This document shows positions 29,769 to 40,130 of a DNA stretch of 64,000 nt, one piece after another. The DNA is from an uncultured Actinomycetota bacterium (lineage in GTDB: Bacteria; Actinomycetota; Actinomycetes; Propionibacteriales; Propionibacteriaceae): positions 140,827 through 204,826 of the forward strand of contig CAVSUP010000006.1 in assembly GCA_963731295.1 (NCBI GenBank), written 5' to 3'. Position numbers and translations under genes: made by a program. The notes under the pieces were generated by a model. The model did no database searches, was not told the origin of the DNA, and was given only the letters and a program-made list of their open reading frames with translations. The number at the start of each line of letters is the position of its first letter. The first letter of the stretch is position 1.

Positions 29769-29780
29769 GAACATGTGTTC
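29769..29780. promoter_or_regulatory. Palindrome GAACA-TG-TGTTC, candidate SorC/DeoR-type operator
   Basis: Lies between divergent eltD and regulator starts. Confidence 0.55.
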
Positions 29781-29847
29781 AACAAGTGAGAGAGGGTGTA
29801 ATTACGTTCTCCGAGACAGTTTCGAGGTCCCCTGGAATACTCGGTCC

Positions 29848-30846
29848 ATGGTCGCGCGACACTCCCAGTTGAGTTTGCGAACCGGAGCGGCTGACGGCGG
29901 ACACTTCGAGTCGTCGCTGCTCTACGCCGCGGCCAAGCTCTACTACGAGGAAGACGCCACCCAGGCCGAGATCGCGGTCAAGCTCCACACCAGCCGCGCC
30001 ACGGTTTCACGCCTGCTGTCGGAGGCGCGCCGCCAGGGCGTCGTCCGGATCGAGGTGATCGCTCCCGATCACCAGGACTCCGATGATCTGGCCTTCCGGG
30101 TCGCGGAGTTGCTCGGCCTGCAGGCCGTCCATATTTGCGGGGTGCTGCCCGCACCTACGCCGACCAAGCCGATCGAGGACGTGATGGGTCCCGTCCTGGC
30201 GCCGGCGGTCGGCCGGGCCCTCAGCGCGGTGGGCCTGGTGCCCGGCGATGTGCTGCTGGTGTCCTCGGGGCGCACCGTGTACGAGGTCGCCCAGTCCGAC
30301 CTCCCGAAGCTGCCGGGAATCGTGGTGGCACCGACGGTCGGCGGCACCGATCAACCCGAGGGCTGGTATCAGACCAACGAGATCACCCGCCGGGTCGCCG
30401 AGCGGATCGGCGGTCGGCCCGTCTACCTGTTTGCCCCGGCCCTGCCGGGACCGGGATTGTTCGAGACCCTGCAGCACGACCCAGCGATCCAACGAGTCCT
30501 GCACCTGTGGCCGTATGCGCGGTGCGTGTTGACCGGGATCGGCGCGCCTCCGGTGCTGCGCTCCCAGGCGCCGCAGTTCGTCGACGTCAGCTCGCTGGAA
30601 CTGCTCGACGCGGTCGGCGACGTGTGCTCGCGCTTCTTCAATCGTGAGGGCCGTCCGGTGATCTTCCCGGGCGCCGAACGGTTGATCGCCCTCGATCTGA
30701 AGACTCTGCAGAAGATCCCTACGGTGATCGCGGTGGCGGCGGGTCGGGACAAGGTGCCGCCGATCATCGCCGGAGCCCGGGCTGGCTATTTCACCCAGCT
30801 GGTCACCGATCCGCACACCGCGGAAGAGATCTTGGTCCGCGGATGA
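29848..30846 (+). CDS. SorC/DeoR family sugar-binding transcriptional regulator
   Basis: AAKLYYEEDATQAEIA...SRATVSRLL HTH plus sugar-binding domain; AATACT hexamer 6 nt before ATG. Confidence 0.9.
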   Translation: MVARHSQLSLRTGAADGGHFESSLLYAAAKLYYEEDATQAEIAVKLHTSRATVSRLLSEARRQGVVRIEVIAPDHQDSDDLAFRVAELLGLQAVHICGVLPAPTPTKPIEDVMGPVLAPAVGRALSAVGLVPGDVLLVSSGRTVYEVAQSDLPKLPGIVVAPTVGGTDQPEGWYQTNEITRRVAERIGGRPVYLFAPALPGPGLFETLQHDPAIQRVLHLWPYARCVLTGIGAPPVLRSQAPQFVDVSSLELLDAVGDVCSRFFNREGRPVIFPGAERLIALDLKTLQKIPTVIAVAAGRDKVPPIIAGARAGYFTQLVTDPHTAEEILVRG

Positions 30847-31613
30847 GCGCGCAGAACCTCATCCTGCAGGGAAAACGGGCCTTGATCACCGGAGCCAGCC
30901 GGGGGATCGGCGCTGATCTGGCCCGCGCGTACGCGGTCGCCGGGGCCACCCTGGTGATCACCGGTCGCGACCTGGCCACCCTCACCGAGAGCGCGAGGAG
31001 CCTCGCTGATGATCATGGAGTCGAGGTGACGCCGATCGCGGTCGACCTCAGCGATCCGGCCGCGGTCGATGATCTTGCCGGCCGGGCCCTGGCCGCGTAC
31101 GGCGGTCTTGATGTCTTGATCAACAATGCCGGGATCAGCTATCCGGAGCTGGTGGTCGACCTGACGGCCGAGCGGCTCGATGAGGTGCTGCAGGTGAATC
31201 TGCGGGCGCCGGCGCTGCTCGCGGCCCGGATCGGCAAGGCGATGGCCGACGCGGGGTCCGGCTCGATCATCAACCTGGCGTCGACGGCCGGGGTCCGGGC
31301 GCTGAGCGAGCACTACGTCTACTGCATGACCAAGGCGGCCCTGATCATGGCGACGAAGGTGCTGGCCCTCGAGCTCGGGCCGTCCGGCGTACGGGCCAAT
31401 GCGATCTGTCCTACCGTCACCCTCACCGAGATGGGCCAGCGGGTGTGGTTGGACCATCCCGACAAGGCGGCACCCATGCTGGACCGGATCCCGCTCGGCC
31501 GTTTCGTGTATCCGGCCGAGGTCTCCGCGGTCGCGGTCTGGCTGGCCTCCGACGCCGCTGCGGTGATCAACGGGGTCGAGCTGCCGGTCGACGGCGGACT
31601 TCTCGTTACCTGA
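30843..31613 (+). CDS. SDR polyol dehydrogenase (L-xylulose reductase / D-threitol dehydrogenase group)
   Basis: TGASRGIG, NNAG, YCMTK, CPTVTLTEMGQRVW. Confidence 0.85.
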   Translation: MSAQNLILQGKRALITGASRGIGADLARAYAVAGATLVITGRDLATLTESARSLADDHGVEVTPIAVDLSDPAAVDDLAGRALAAYGGLDVLINNAGISYPELVVDLTAERLDEVLQVNLRAPALLAARIGKAMADAGSGSIINLASTAGVRALSEHYVYCMTKAALIMATKVLALELGPSGVRANAICPTVTLTEMGQRVWLDHPDKAAPMLDRIPLGRFVYPAEVSAVAVWLASDAAAVINGVELPVDGGLLVT

Positions 31614-31689
31614 TCCGCCGGGCGATCTGGGCTCGTCGACGCCGGATCATCCGTAGTGTGGGGCCCGACTCGATGAGGAGGGGGGCCAC

Positions 31690-33195
31690 GTGGGCAGTGT
31701 GCTGATCGGCATCGACATGGGGACCGGTAGTAGCAAGGGCGTGCTCACGACGGCCGACGGCGAGATCCTGGCCACGGCCACCCGGCCCCGACCGCGGTCG
31801 ATGATGATGCCGCGGCCCAACTGGGCCGAGGTGGATGCCGAAACGGTGTGGTGGGGCGATGTCGTCTCCATCAGCCAGGAGCTGACCGCTCAGCTCGGCG
31901 GGCATCAGCTGGCGGCCGTCTGCGTGAGCGGCGCGGGGCCGTGCCTGGTGCTGTGCGATGGCGACGACGTGCCGGTCCGACCGGCGATCCTCTACGGCAT
32001 CGACATGCGGGCGACCGGCGAGATCGCGGCCTTGACCGAGCAGTTCGGCGCCAAGGCGATCCTGGCCCGCTGTGGCAAGGCGCTCAGCACGCAGGCGGTC
32101 GGTCCGAAGATCAGCTGGGTGGCGCACCACGAACCGGAGGTCTGGCAGCGTGCGCGGAGGTGGTTCGGCTCCAGCAGTTACATCGTGCGCCGACTGAGCG
32201 GGTCGTACGTGATCGACCACCACACCGCCAGCCAGTGCGATCCGCTCTACGACATCGAGGCCCGGGAGTGGTACCAGCCCTGGGCCGAGCAGATCGTCGG
32301 TCATCTCGAGCTGCCGGACCTCGCGTGGTCGTCCGAGGTCGTTGGTTCGGTGACTGCTCAAGCCGCAGCGGCCACCGGATTGCCGATCGGTACGCCGGTC
32401 TGTGCCGGCACCGTCGACGCCTGGGCGGAAGCGTTCAGCGCGGGCGTCCGGCAGCCGGGCGACCTGATGTTGATGTACGGCTCGACCATGTTCTTCGTTC
32501 AGGTGCTCGATCATGCGGTCACCCATCCGCAGCTCTGGACCACCGCCGGCATCGATCGCGATTCCTACACGCTGGCGGCCGGCATGGCGACCTCGGGCAG
32601 CCTGACCGGCTGGTTGCAGGACCTGACCGGCGGTGTCCCGTTCGACGATCTGGTCACCGAGGCGGCGGAGGTGGCGATCGGTTCCGAGGGTCTGCTGATC
32701 CTGCCGTATTTCGCGGGGGAGCGGACCCCGATCTTCGACGCGCGGGCCCGGGGCGTGATCGCCGGGCTGAGCCTGCGGCACACCCGAGCCCACCTGTTCC
32801 GGGCGGTCTATGAGGGCATCGCGTTCGGCATCAGGCAGATCCTCGAGCTGCTCGATTCCCATCTGGCGCCGGTCAACCGGCTGGTCGCCGTCGGCGGCGG
32901 GACCCAGGGCGGCTTGTGGACCCAGATCGTCAGCGACGTCACCGGCCGCGAGCAGACCGTTCCGGCCCAAACCATCGGAGCCAGCTACGGCGACGCGTTG
33001 ATGGCCGCGATCGGCGCCGGCCTGGTGCCGCCGGACACCGACTGGACCCGGGCCGGGCGTACGGTCCGCCCGGATCCGTCGACCTCTGACACCTACGATC
33101 GGCTGTACCGGAGCTACTGCGACCTCTATCCCGCGACCCGAGCGATCGTCCACGACCTGTCGACCATGCAGGAACAAAGCTTCCCCGCCGTCTGA
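31690..33195 (+). CDS. FGGY family carbohydrate kinase
   Basis: IGIDMGTGSSK, GTVDA, PYFAGERTP, AVYEG, GGGTQ. Confidence 0.9.
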   Translation: MGSVLIGIDMGTGSSKGVLTTADGEILATATRPRPRSMMMPRPNWAEVDAETVWWGDVVSISQELTAQLGGHQLAAVCVSGAGPCLVLCDGDDVPVRPAILYGIDMRATGEIAALTEQFGAKAILARCGKALSTQAVGPKISWVAHHEPEVWQRARRWFGSSSYIVRRLSGSYVIDHHTASQCDPLYDIEAREWYQPWAEQIVGHLELPDLAWSSEVVGSVTAQAAAATGLPIGTPVCAGTVDAWAEAFSAGVRQPGDLMLMYGSTMFFVQVLDHAVTHPQLWTTAGIDRDSYTLAAGMATSGSLTGWLQDLTGGVPFDDLVTEAAEVAIGSEGLLILPYFAGERTPIFDARARGVIAGLSLRHTRAHLFRAVYEGIAFGIRQILELLDSHLAPVNRLVAVGGGTQGGLWTQIVSDVTGREQTVPAQTIGASYGDALMAAIGAGLVPPDTDWTRAGRTVRPDPSTSDTYDRLYRSYCDLYPATRAIVHDLSTMQEQSFPAV

Positions 33196-33230
33196 CCCGT
33201 CACCTTGCCCGACCCGCGCCTCAAGGCTTC

Positions 33231-33332
33231 CGTTCCCTGAGCTTGTCGAAGGGTCGGGTCTTCGTTCCCTGAGCCTGTCGAAGGGTCGGATCAGGTAGCA
33301 AGGGCTTTCGTTCCCTGAGCCTGTCGAAGGGT
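33231..33332 (-). repeat. REP cluster 3, 3 copies of CGTTCCCTGAGC(C/T)TGTCGAAGGGTCG
   Basis: Same core as arrays 1 and 2, just downstream of the FGGY stop. Confidence 0.9.
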
Positions 33333-33503
33333 CGCGTACGGCAAATTCAACGCGGTCCGGCAGTGGTGACAGCGGCAGGCGACGCCAGCGCGGTCGATCT
33401 GACCGTGAGTACCGGGTCAGATCGACCGCGCTGACCTCGGCGGAGCATCAACACCGTCGCCGCCGGCGGAATAGACCCGAGCCGAAGCGGGCTGTGTTGA
33501 GGT

Positions 33504-34595
33504 ATGCAGCTGTCTGTTCTCGACCTGGTTCCCGTTCGCGCCGGTCAGACCACCGCCCAGGCGCTGGCCGCCAGCATCCGACTGGCCCAGGTGGCCGACG
33601 AGGCCGGCCTGCACCGCTACTGGGTCGCCGAGCACCACAACATGGCGGCGGTTGCGGCAACCAACCCGCCGGTGCTGATCGCTATGCTCGCCGCCGCCAC
33701 CACGCGGATCCGGGTCGGTTCGGGCGGCGTGATGCTCCCCAACCATGCACCGCTGGTCGTGGCCGAACAGTTCGCGCTGCTGGAGGCCGCGTACCCCGGG
33801 CGGATCGATCTCGGCATCGGCCGCGCTCCCGGCAGCGACCCGGTGACGAATTGGGCCTTGCGACACGGCGGTCCGGAGACGGCGGATGCCGAGCACTTCG
33901 GCGTACACGTGGACAATCTGATCGCGATGCTGGAGCCCGGGGGCGTCGGGCTCTCGGTCCAGGGCCGGACCTACGAGTTGCGAGCCACGCCGCAGTCCGT
34001 GGGCCGCCCCGACATCTGGCTCCTCGGTTCGTCGGACTTTTCGGCTCAGTTGGCTGCCAGCAAGGGCCTGCCCTACGTCTTCGCCCACCACTTCTCCGGA
34101 TCCGGGACCGAACGGGCCCTGGCGCTCTACCGCTCCAGCTTCCAGCCGTCGGATCTGGGTCGCACCCCAGTCACGTTCCTGACCGTCAACGTCGCGGTCG
34201 GCGAGTCCGATGCCGAGGCCGAACGCCTGATTCGGCCCAACCTGCTGGCCATGATCAACTTGCGGACCGGCGGTGACCTCCGCGCGCAGCTGAGCGTCGA
34301 AGAGGCCGAGCGCACCCCGATCGCTGAGGCCCACCAGGCGCTCGCCGCCGACATGCGTTCCCGTTGGGTGGTCGGCACCGCCGAATCCGCTCGCCGCCAG
34401 CTCGATCAGCTCGCGGCGACCTATGGGGTCGACGAGATCATGCTGCACCCCATCGCCGGCGCCTATGAAGCGGATCCGCTCGACCGCAACCCCGCGCGCG
34501 AGGCCACGCTCCAGTTGCTGGCCGCTCAATCCGCGCCTGGCTCCGAGGGGCCTGGTCTTGGATCCACCTCAGCTCTGCATACAGTCGCCTCATGA
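33504..34595 (+). CDS. LLM-class flavin-dependent oxidoreductase (luciferase family)
   Basis: RYWVAEHHN, RVGSGGVMLPNH, RIDLGIGRAPG, LLGSS. Confidence 0.92.
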   Translation: MQLSVLDLVPVRAGQTTAQALAASIRLAQVADEAGLHRYWVAEHHNMAAVAATNPPVLIAMLAAATTRIRVGSGGVMLPNHAPLVVAEQFALLEAAYPGRIDLGIGRAPGSDPVTNWALRHGGPETADAEHFGVHVDNLIAMLEPGGVGLSVQGRTYELRATPQSVGRPDIWLLGSSDFSAQLAASKGLPYVFAHHFSGSGTERALALYRSSFQPSDLGRTPVTFLTVNVAVGESDAEAERLIRPNLLAMINLRTGGDLRAQLSVEEAERTPIAEAHQALAADMRSRWVVGTAESARRQLDQLAATYGVDEIMLHPIAGAYEADPLDRNPAREATLQLLAAQSAPGSEGPGLGSTSALHTVAS

Positions 34596-35356
34596 GTCCA
34601 CACCTGTTGGGAACCGTCGCGCTGGTCACCGGCGCCTCCAGCGGGATCGGCGAGGCGACCGCAGTCACCCTCGCAGAACTCGGTGCGGATGTTGCCCTGG
34701 TCGCCCGCCGCCGGGACCGCATCGAAGCGCTGGCTGAGCGGCTCGTCGAGCATGGCGGCCGTACCCTGGTCATCGAAGCCGACGTGACCGATCGCGCGCA
34801 GGCTGAAGCCGCCGTGGCGCGGACGGCCGCCGAGCTCGGTCGGCTGGACATCGTGATCAACAACGCCGGAGTGATGCTGCTCGGACCGATCGCTGACGCG
34901 CCGGTCGAGGAGTGGGAGCAGATGGTCCAGGTCAACGTGCTGGGCCTGCTCTATGTGGCCAAGGCCGCGCTGCCTCATCTGCTGGCCGCGGCCGAGCAGG
35001 AGCCGCGCCGGGTCAGTGATCTGGTCAACATCTCCTCGGTCGCCGGACGCATGGTGCGCTTGGGCAGCGGCGTGTACAACGCGACCAAGCACGGAGTCGG
35101 CGCCTTCAGCGAATCGCTCCGCCAGGAGGTCACCAAGCGGCACGTCCGCGTGTCCCTCGTCGAGCCGGGTGCGGTCGCCACCGAGTTGGCCAGCCACAAC
35201 CGCGCCGAGGTGCTGGAAGGCCTGAACAACCGCTTCGCCAGCATGGAGCGGCTGCAGGCCGGGGACATCTCCGACGCCATCGGCTATCTCGTCACCCGGC
35301 CCCGGCACGTGGCGATCAACGAGGTGCTGATCCGGCCGACCGAACAGGACAACTGA
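34592..35356 (+). CDS. SDR family NADP-dependent oxidoreductase
   Basis: TGASSGIG, NNAG, YNATK, EPGAVATEL. Confidence 0.92.
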   Translation: MSPHLLGTVALVTGASSGIGEATAVTLAELGADVALVARRRDRIEALAERLVEHGGRTLVIEADVTDRAQAEAAVARTAAELGRLDIVINNAGVMLLGPIADAPVEEWEQMVQVNVLGLLYVAKAALPHLLAAAEQEPRRVSDLVNISSVAGRMVRLGSGVYNATKHGVGAFSESLRQEVTKRHVRVSLVEPGAVATELASHNRAEVLEGLNNRFASMERLQAGDISDAIGYLVTRPRHVAINEVLIRPTEQDN

Positions 35357-36659
35357 CCGTCTGGCTGCGGGCCGCCGCCCCCTCACCCCCCACTTGTCCG
35401 GGGACCCCCCACCTATTGGTGGGGGACGACCGGACAAGTGGGGGGCGAGCGGGCGGGTCAAAGGAGCGGCCGGCCGAACCGAGCGCCGGCAGCAGGGTCG
35501 CCAGCGCGTACGCGACGCCCAGGATGACGAAGGTCGGGCTGAGGCCGACGAGCGCGATCACGCCCGCCGCGAGCAATCCACCGAAGGGCATCGCCGCCCA
35601 GGCGGTTGCGTCGGCTAGAGCGCCGACCCGGCCGACCAACGGCCGCGGAATGCGCTCGAAGAAGATCGCCCCGATCATCGGATTGAGGAAGCCGGACGCG
35701 AAGCCCGCCACGGCGTACACGATGGCTACCGCCCAGACCGGCAGGTCGAGGGCCAGAGCGATGAACGGTGGCGGGCCGGCGATGGCGAAGGCCAGGAAGT
35801 AGGTCAGCCGCCGGGGGAGCCGGGATCCGAGCCAGCTGGCGAGCAGCGAGCTGCCGACCGAGAACGCCGCCATGCTGGTCAGCAGGATGCCGATGCTGGT
35901 GATGCCGTGGCCACCGCCGCGAGCCCAGACCGGCAGCAGGACCGAGGTCTTGGCCACGTCCAGCAGGTTGGTGATCATGATCATGCCGACCAGAGTCAGC
36001 AGCAACCGGTCCTTGATCAGGAACGACCAGCCGGTCCGCAGCTGGCTGGAATAGCTCTCGGTCGCGACCTCGTCGGGCGAACAGGCAACCGACCGGGGAA
36101 TGCCCAACCAGACCACGAATGCGCTGAGTCCGAAGCAGCCGGCGGTTACCGCGATCGCCCCGATCGACGACACCGCATTGATCATCACGGCCGCGATCGC
36201 CGGCGCAACCAGTCCGGAGCTGCGTTCGATGGCGCTATAGAGCCCGGTCACCCGCTGCAGCGGAGCGCCGACGGCTTCGGCGATCATCGGGATGGCGGTG
36301 TGCTTGGCGTTGTCACCCGGACCGCGTACGCCGCCGGCGAGCGCGACCATGATCAACAGCACCGGGAGTGACAGCCAGCCCAGCAGATGGGCGACGGGGA
36401 TCAGACCGATGATGATCATGCTGGCCAGGTCGGCGACGATGCTGATCCGACGCTGGCCGAAGCGGTCGGTGAGCGGGCCGCCGAGGGCCTTGACCACCAC
36501 GTAGGGAGCGAGCTCGAACGCAGCCACCAGACCGGTCTGAGTGACTGATCCGGTGGTGATCAACACGAACCACGGAATGGCGATCGCCGAGACCCGGGTA
36601 CCGATGCAGGCGATGGCATTGACGACGAGCAACGAGACCAATGGCAGGCGAGGCGACAT
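35316..36659 (-). CDS. MFS transporter (H+ antiporter / macrolide-efflux-like)
   Basis: GGPLTDRFGQRR motif A, ~12 TMs; C-terminal tail runs through the hairpin. Confidence 0.88.
   Translation of the reverse strand: MSPRLPLVSLLVVNAIACIGTRVSAIAIPWFVLITTGSVTQTGLVAAFELAPYVVVKALGGPLTDRFGQRRISIVADLASMIIIGLIPVAHLLGWLSLPVLLIMVALAGGVRGPGDNAKHTAIPMIAEAVGAPLQRVTGLYSAIERSSGLVAPAIAAVMINAVSSIGAIAVTAGCFGLSAFVVWLGIPRSVACSPDEVATESYSSQLRTGWSFLIKDRLLLTLVGMIMITNLLDVAKTSVLLPVWARGGGHGITSIGILLTSMAAFSVGSSLLASWLGSRLPRRLTYFLAFAIAGPPPFIALALDLPVWAVAIVYAVAGFASGFLNPMIGAIFFERIPRPLVGRVGALADATAWAAMPFGGLLAAGVIALVGLSPTFVILGVAYALATLLPALGSAGRSFDPPARPPLVRSSPTNRWGVPGQVGGEGAAARSQTVSCPVRSAGSAPR
35386..35445. terminator. Long GC-rich hairpin between convergent genes (bidirectional terminator or second REP type)
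   Basis: CCCCCCACTTGTCCGG ... CCGGACAAGTGGGGGG outer arms with inner CCCCCACC-TATT-GGTGGGGG. Confidence 0.7.
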
Positions 36660-36661
36660 GA

Positions 36662-37249
36662 TCACTCCTCGCCCGGGCGCCGGTCGGCCACCGGGAAGAT
36701 CTGGAACTGGGCGTGCACCAGCCGGAACCCGTCGTCGACTGGAGTATCCGGATCGTGCTGAGGATAGGAACCGAGCAACGCGCTGAGGTCGCGACCGAGG
36801 GCTGCCGACTGCTCCGGGGTGAGTCGCAGGAGGTAGTCCGAGAGGTTGACGGTGCGCTGCCATTCGACCGGCAGTCCGTGCCGGGTCGCTTGCGCTCGCG
36901 TGATCCCGGCAATCGCCGCCGCGGCAACACTGTCCTCGTACACATCGCCCTCGACGCTCGCCTCGTCCGGCGCATCGGTCGGCAGACCCGGATAGATCGT
37001 CCGCCGGTGAGCGGCCTTCCACCAGCGGTCCCGCTGGTTGCCGCGCTCGGTGTCCTCGACGATGAAGCCGAAGCGTTCGAGCTGCCTGAGGTGGTAGGAC
37101 AGCGCCCCGGTGGTCAGCTCCAGTTGGGTGGCCAGCGTGGTCGCCGTCGCCGGACCGTAGGTGCGCAGCAGCCCGAGCACCCGGACCCGCAGCGGATGGG
37201 CCAGCGCCTTGAGATTGTCCGCCGTGAGGGTGATCGCGTCGTGAGCCAT
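36662..37249 (-). CDS. ArsR/SmtB family HTH regulator
   Basis: LKALAHPLRVRVL, SYHLRQLERFG, RDRWW. Confidence 0.9.
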   Translation of the reverse strand: MAHDAITLTADNLKALAHPLRVRVLGLLRTYGPATATTLATQLELTTGALSYHLRQLERFGFIVEDTERGNQRDRWWKAAHRRTIYPGLPTDAPDEASVEGDVYEDSVAAAAIAGITRAQATRHGLPVEWQRTVNLSDYLLRLTPEQSAALGRDLSALLGSYPQHDPDTPVDDGFRLVHAQFQIFPVADRRPGEE

Positions 37250-37264
37250 AGCTCAGACTAACTC

Positions 37265-37296
37265 TACAAAGACTACTTTGCAAAGACTTCTTTGCA
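37265..37296. promoter_or_regulatory. Two overlapping palindromes, candidate ArsR operator
   Basis: TGCAAAGA-CT-TCTTTGCA (perfect) and TACAAAGA-CT-ACTTTGCA, ~15 bp upstream of the regulator start. Confidence 0.7.
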
Positions 37297-37318
37297 ATTG
37301 CCGGCCCGGGAAGGTCGG

Positions 37319-38722
37319 TCAGACGTGCAGCGCCTTCACCTCGGCCAGCAGCTTGCCCATGCTGTCCTTGGCGTCGCCGAACAGCAGGGTGGTGGTCGGC
37401 TCGTACAACAGCTCATTCTCGATCCCGGCGAAACCGGGCCGCATCGAGCGTTTCATGAAGACGACCTGGCGGGCCCTGTTGGCGTGCAGGATCGGCATAC
37501 CGAAGATCGGCGCGCCCGGTGTCGTCTCAGCGGCCGGATTGACCACGTCGTTCGCCCCGACCACCAGCACCACGTCGGTCTGGGCGAACTCCGGGTCGAT
37601 GTCGTCCATTTCCTTGAGCTGCTCGTACGGCACCTGCGCCTCGGCCAGCAACACGTTCATGTGTCCGGGCATCCGGCCGGCCACGGGATGGATCGCGTAG
37701 TCCACGCGGGCGCCGTTCTCCAGGAGGACGTCGACCAGTTGCTTCAGGCTGTGCTGGGCCTGGGCGACGGCGAGACCGTAGCCCGGCACGATGATCACCC
37801 GTTGCGCGTACGCGAGCAGGATCGCCACGTCGGCCGCTCCGGCCGACTTCACCGGCCGGTTACTGGCGGTCAGAGCACCCAACGTCGACCCGCCTTTGAG
37901 GGCGCCGAACATGGTGTTGATCACCGAGCGGCCCATCGCCCGGGCCATCAGCACGGTGAGCAGGGTGCCGGACGCGCCGACCAGGATCCCGGCGATCAGC
38001 AACAAAGTGTTACCGAGGACGAATCCGGCCACCGCGACCGTGACCCCGGTGAAAGCGTTGAGCAGAGAGATCACAATGGGTACGTCCGCGCCGCCCACCG
38101 GCAGCACCAGAAGCACGCCGAGCCCGGCCCCGAGCACGGCCAGCATGACTCCGAGGAACATCGACGGGACCAGGCAGATCACCACCGCGAAGCCGATCGC
38201 GGACAGGCCGACCAGTCCGGCCAGCAGTGGATAGCCGCGGAAGACGATCGGCCGGGTGGTGATCAACTCCTGAAGCTTGAGGAAGGTCACTACTGAGCCG
38301 GCGAAGCTGACCGATCCGACGACGATGGTGAAGACGATTGGTAGTAGTTGGGCGGGTCCGAGCGGGTCGCCGCGGTCACCCGCCCGTGCGGCCAACTGGT
38401 GCAGTTCCTGCAGCGCGACGATGGCGGCGGCGCCACCGCCGACTCCGTTGAACAAGGCGACGAGTTGCGGCATCTGGGTCATCTGCACCCGGTACGCGCC
38501 GACCACGCCCACCGCGGATCCGATGGCGATGGCGATCAAGATCGGGACCAGGTGATCGATCTCCCCTGAGGCGAACACCGTCACACACGCGATCAGGGCA
38601 CCGGTCGCGCCGATCAAGTTGCCCCGGCGCGCGGTCCTTGGCGACGAAAGGCCTTTCAGCGCGAGGATGAAGCAGATGGCCGCGAGCAGGTAGGCGAGCT
38701 CTGACCAGTCTCGATAGGTCAT
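37319..38722 (-). CDS. pntB: NAD(P) transhydrogenase subunit beta
   Basis: MTQMPQLVALFNGVGGGAA, GGADVPIVISLLN, HPVAGRMPGHMNVLLAEA. Confidence 0.95.
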   Translation of the reverse strand: MTYRDWSELAYLLAAICFILALKGLSSPRTARRGNLIGATGALIACVTVFASGEIDHLVPILIAIAIGSAVGVVGAYRVQMTQMPQLVALFNGVGGGAAAIVALQELHQLAARAGDRGDPLGPAQLLPIVFTIVVGSVSFAGSVVTFLKLQELITTRPIVFRGYPLLAGLVGLSAIGFAVVICLVPSMFLGVMLAVLGAGLGVLLVLPVGGADVPIVISLLNAFTGVTVAVAGFVLGNTLLLIAGILVGASGTLLTVLMARAMGRSVINTMFGALKGGSTLGALTASNRPVKSAGAADVAILLAYAQRVIIVPGYGLAVAQAQHSLKQLVDVLLENGARVDYAIHPVAGRMPGHMNVLLAEAQVPYEQLKEMDDIDPEFAQTDVVLVVGANDVVNPAAETTPGAPIFGMPILHANRARQVVFMKRSMRPGFAGIENELLYEPTTTLLFGDAKDSMGKLLAEVKALHV

Positions 38723-39039
38723 CGGTCGAGCTCCGTCGACCGCTCCCGCGCGGGTTGGCGCCGGCGGCCCGAAAACATCATGAGCATCCGGTCCGTGACC
38801 ACGAATCCGCCGACCATGTTGATGGTGGCCAGACCGACGCCGATCACCCCGAGGACCAGCAGCGGTGTGGTGCCGGCCTCGGCCGTGACGATGACGGCGC
38901 CGACCAAGATCACGCCGTGGATCGCGTTGGCACCCGACATCAGTGGCGTGTGCAGGGTCGAGGAGACCTTCGAGATCACCTCGATGCCGACGAAGATCGC
39001 CAGCACCACGACGGTGATCAACATCAGATTCTCCGTCAT
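38719..39039 (-). CDS. pntA: NAD(P) transhydrogenase subunit alpha part 2
   Basis: LHTPLMSGANAIHG, NMVGGFVVTDRML. Confidence 0.93.
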   Translation of the reverse strand: MTENLMLITVVVLAIFVGIEVISKVSSTLHTPLMSGANAIHGVILVGAVIVTAEAGTTPLLVLGVIGVGLATINMVGGFVVTDRMLMMFSGRRRQPARERSTELDR

Positions 39040-40130
39040 GATCGGCGCACCTCTCCGGCATGGGTCACGCACATCGCTGCGACGATCTCGTCGTCGAAAT
39101 CGGGGTCGAAGGCTCCGTCCCTGGTCATCAGCATGATCACGTTCAGCACGTTCTGGGCATAGAGTCGGCTGGCCGGTGCGGGCATCTGGCTGGGGATGTT
39201 GGTGCCGCCCCACAACTGGACCCCGGCGATGTTGATCACGCTGCCGGCGACCGCGCCTTCGACGTTGCCGCCCGACTCTGCGGCCAGGTCGACGATCACC
39301 GACCCGGGCTTCATGGTCTGGACCATCTCAGCCGTGACCAGCACCGGGGCGATTCGGCCGGGGACGGCAGCCGTGGTGATCAGTGCATCGGCGGCGGCGA
39401 TATAGGGGGTGAGCAGTTCGCGCTGCTGCTGAGCGCGCTCCTCGGTCATCTCCCGGGCGTAGCCACCGGCGCCCTCCAGCGTCGGCAGCGCCAGGTCGAT
39501 GGCCTGCGCACCCATCGAGCGGATCTCCTCGGCGGCGGCGGCGCGTACGTCGTAGCCCTTGACCACTGCGCCCAACCGGCGGCAGGTGGCGATGGCCTGC
39601 AGGCCGGCCACCCCGGCCCCGAGCACCACCACCTGGGCGGGCTTCACCGTCCCGGCCGCGGTCATGCTGAGCGGGAAGAACTGCCGCAGTCGACCGGCCG
39701 CCACGATCGCACCTCGATAGCCCGCCACCAGGGACTGCGAGCTCAGCGCGTCCATCGACTGGGCGCGGGAGATTCGCGGCACGAACTCCATGCCGAAGGT
39801 GGTCAGACCATGATCACAGCGAGCGGCGATGTCGTCGACCCGGGCAGCGGCCGGGAAGAACGAGACGGTGGCGCTGCCCCTTGTGAGGGCTCCGACGATC
39901 TCCGACTCCAGTGGTTGGACGCTGATCACCACGGCGGCGTCGCTGAAGGCGGCGTCGGTGAGCTCGGCCCCGGCTCCGGCGTACGCGTCGTCGGTGAACA
40001 TGGCTCCGGCCCCGGCACCCGGCTGCACTGCCACCTGATACCCGGCTGCGGTGAGCTTGCCGACCAGCTCGGGCACGAGCGCTACGCGCGCTTCGCCCGG
40101 GGCTGACTCTCTCGCCACCGCGATCCGCAC
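39036..40130 (-). CDS. pntA: NAD(P) transhydrogenase subunit alpha part 1
   Basis: RVALVP, RISRAQSMDALSSQ, GAGVAGLQAI, DLAAESGGN. Confidence 0.93.
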   Translation of the reverse strand: MRIAVARESAPGEARVALVPELVGKLTAAGYQVAVQPGAGAGAMFTDDAYAGAGAELTDAAFSDAAVVISVQPLESEIVGALTRGSATVSFFPAAARVDDIAARCDHGLTTFGMEFVPRISRAQSMDALSSQSLVAGYRGAIVAAGRLRQFFPLSMTAAGTVKPAQVVVLGAGVAGLQAIATCRRLGAVVKGYDVRAAAAEEIRSMGAQAIDLALPTLEGAGGYAREMTEERAQQQRELLTPYIAAADALITTAAVPGRIAPVLVTAEMVQTMKPGSVIVDLAAESGGNVEGAVAGSVINIAGVQLWGGTNIPSQMPAPASRLYAQNVLNVIMLMTRDGAFDPDFDDEIVAAMCVTHAGEVRRS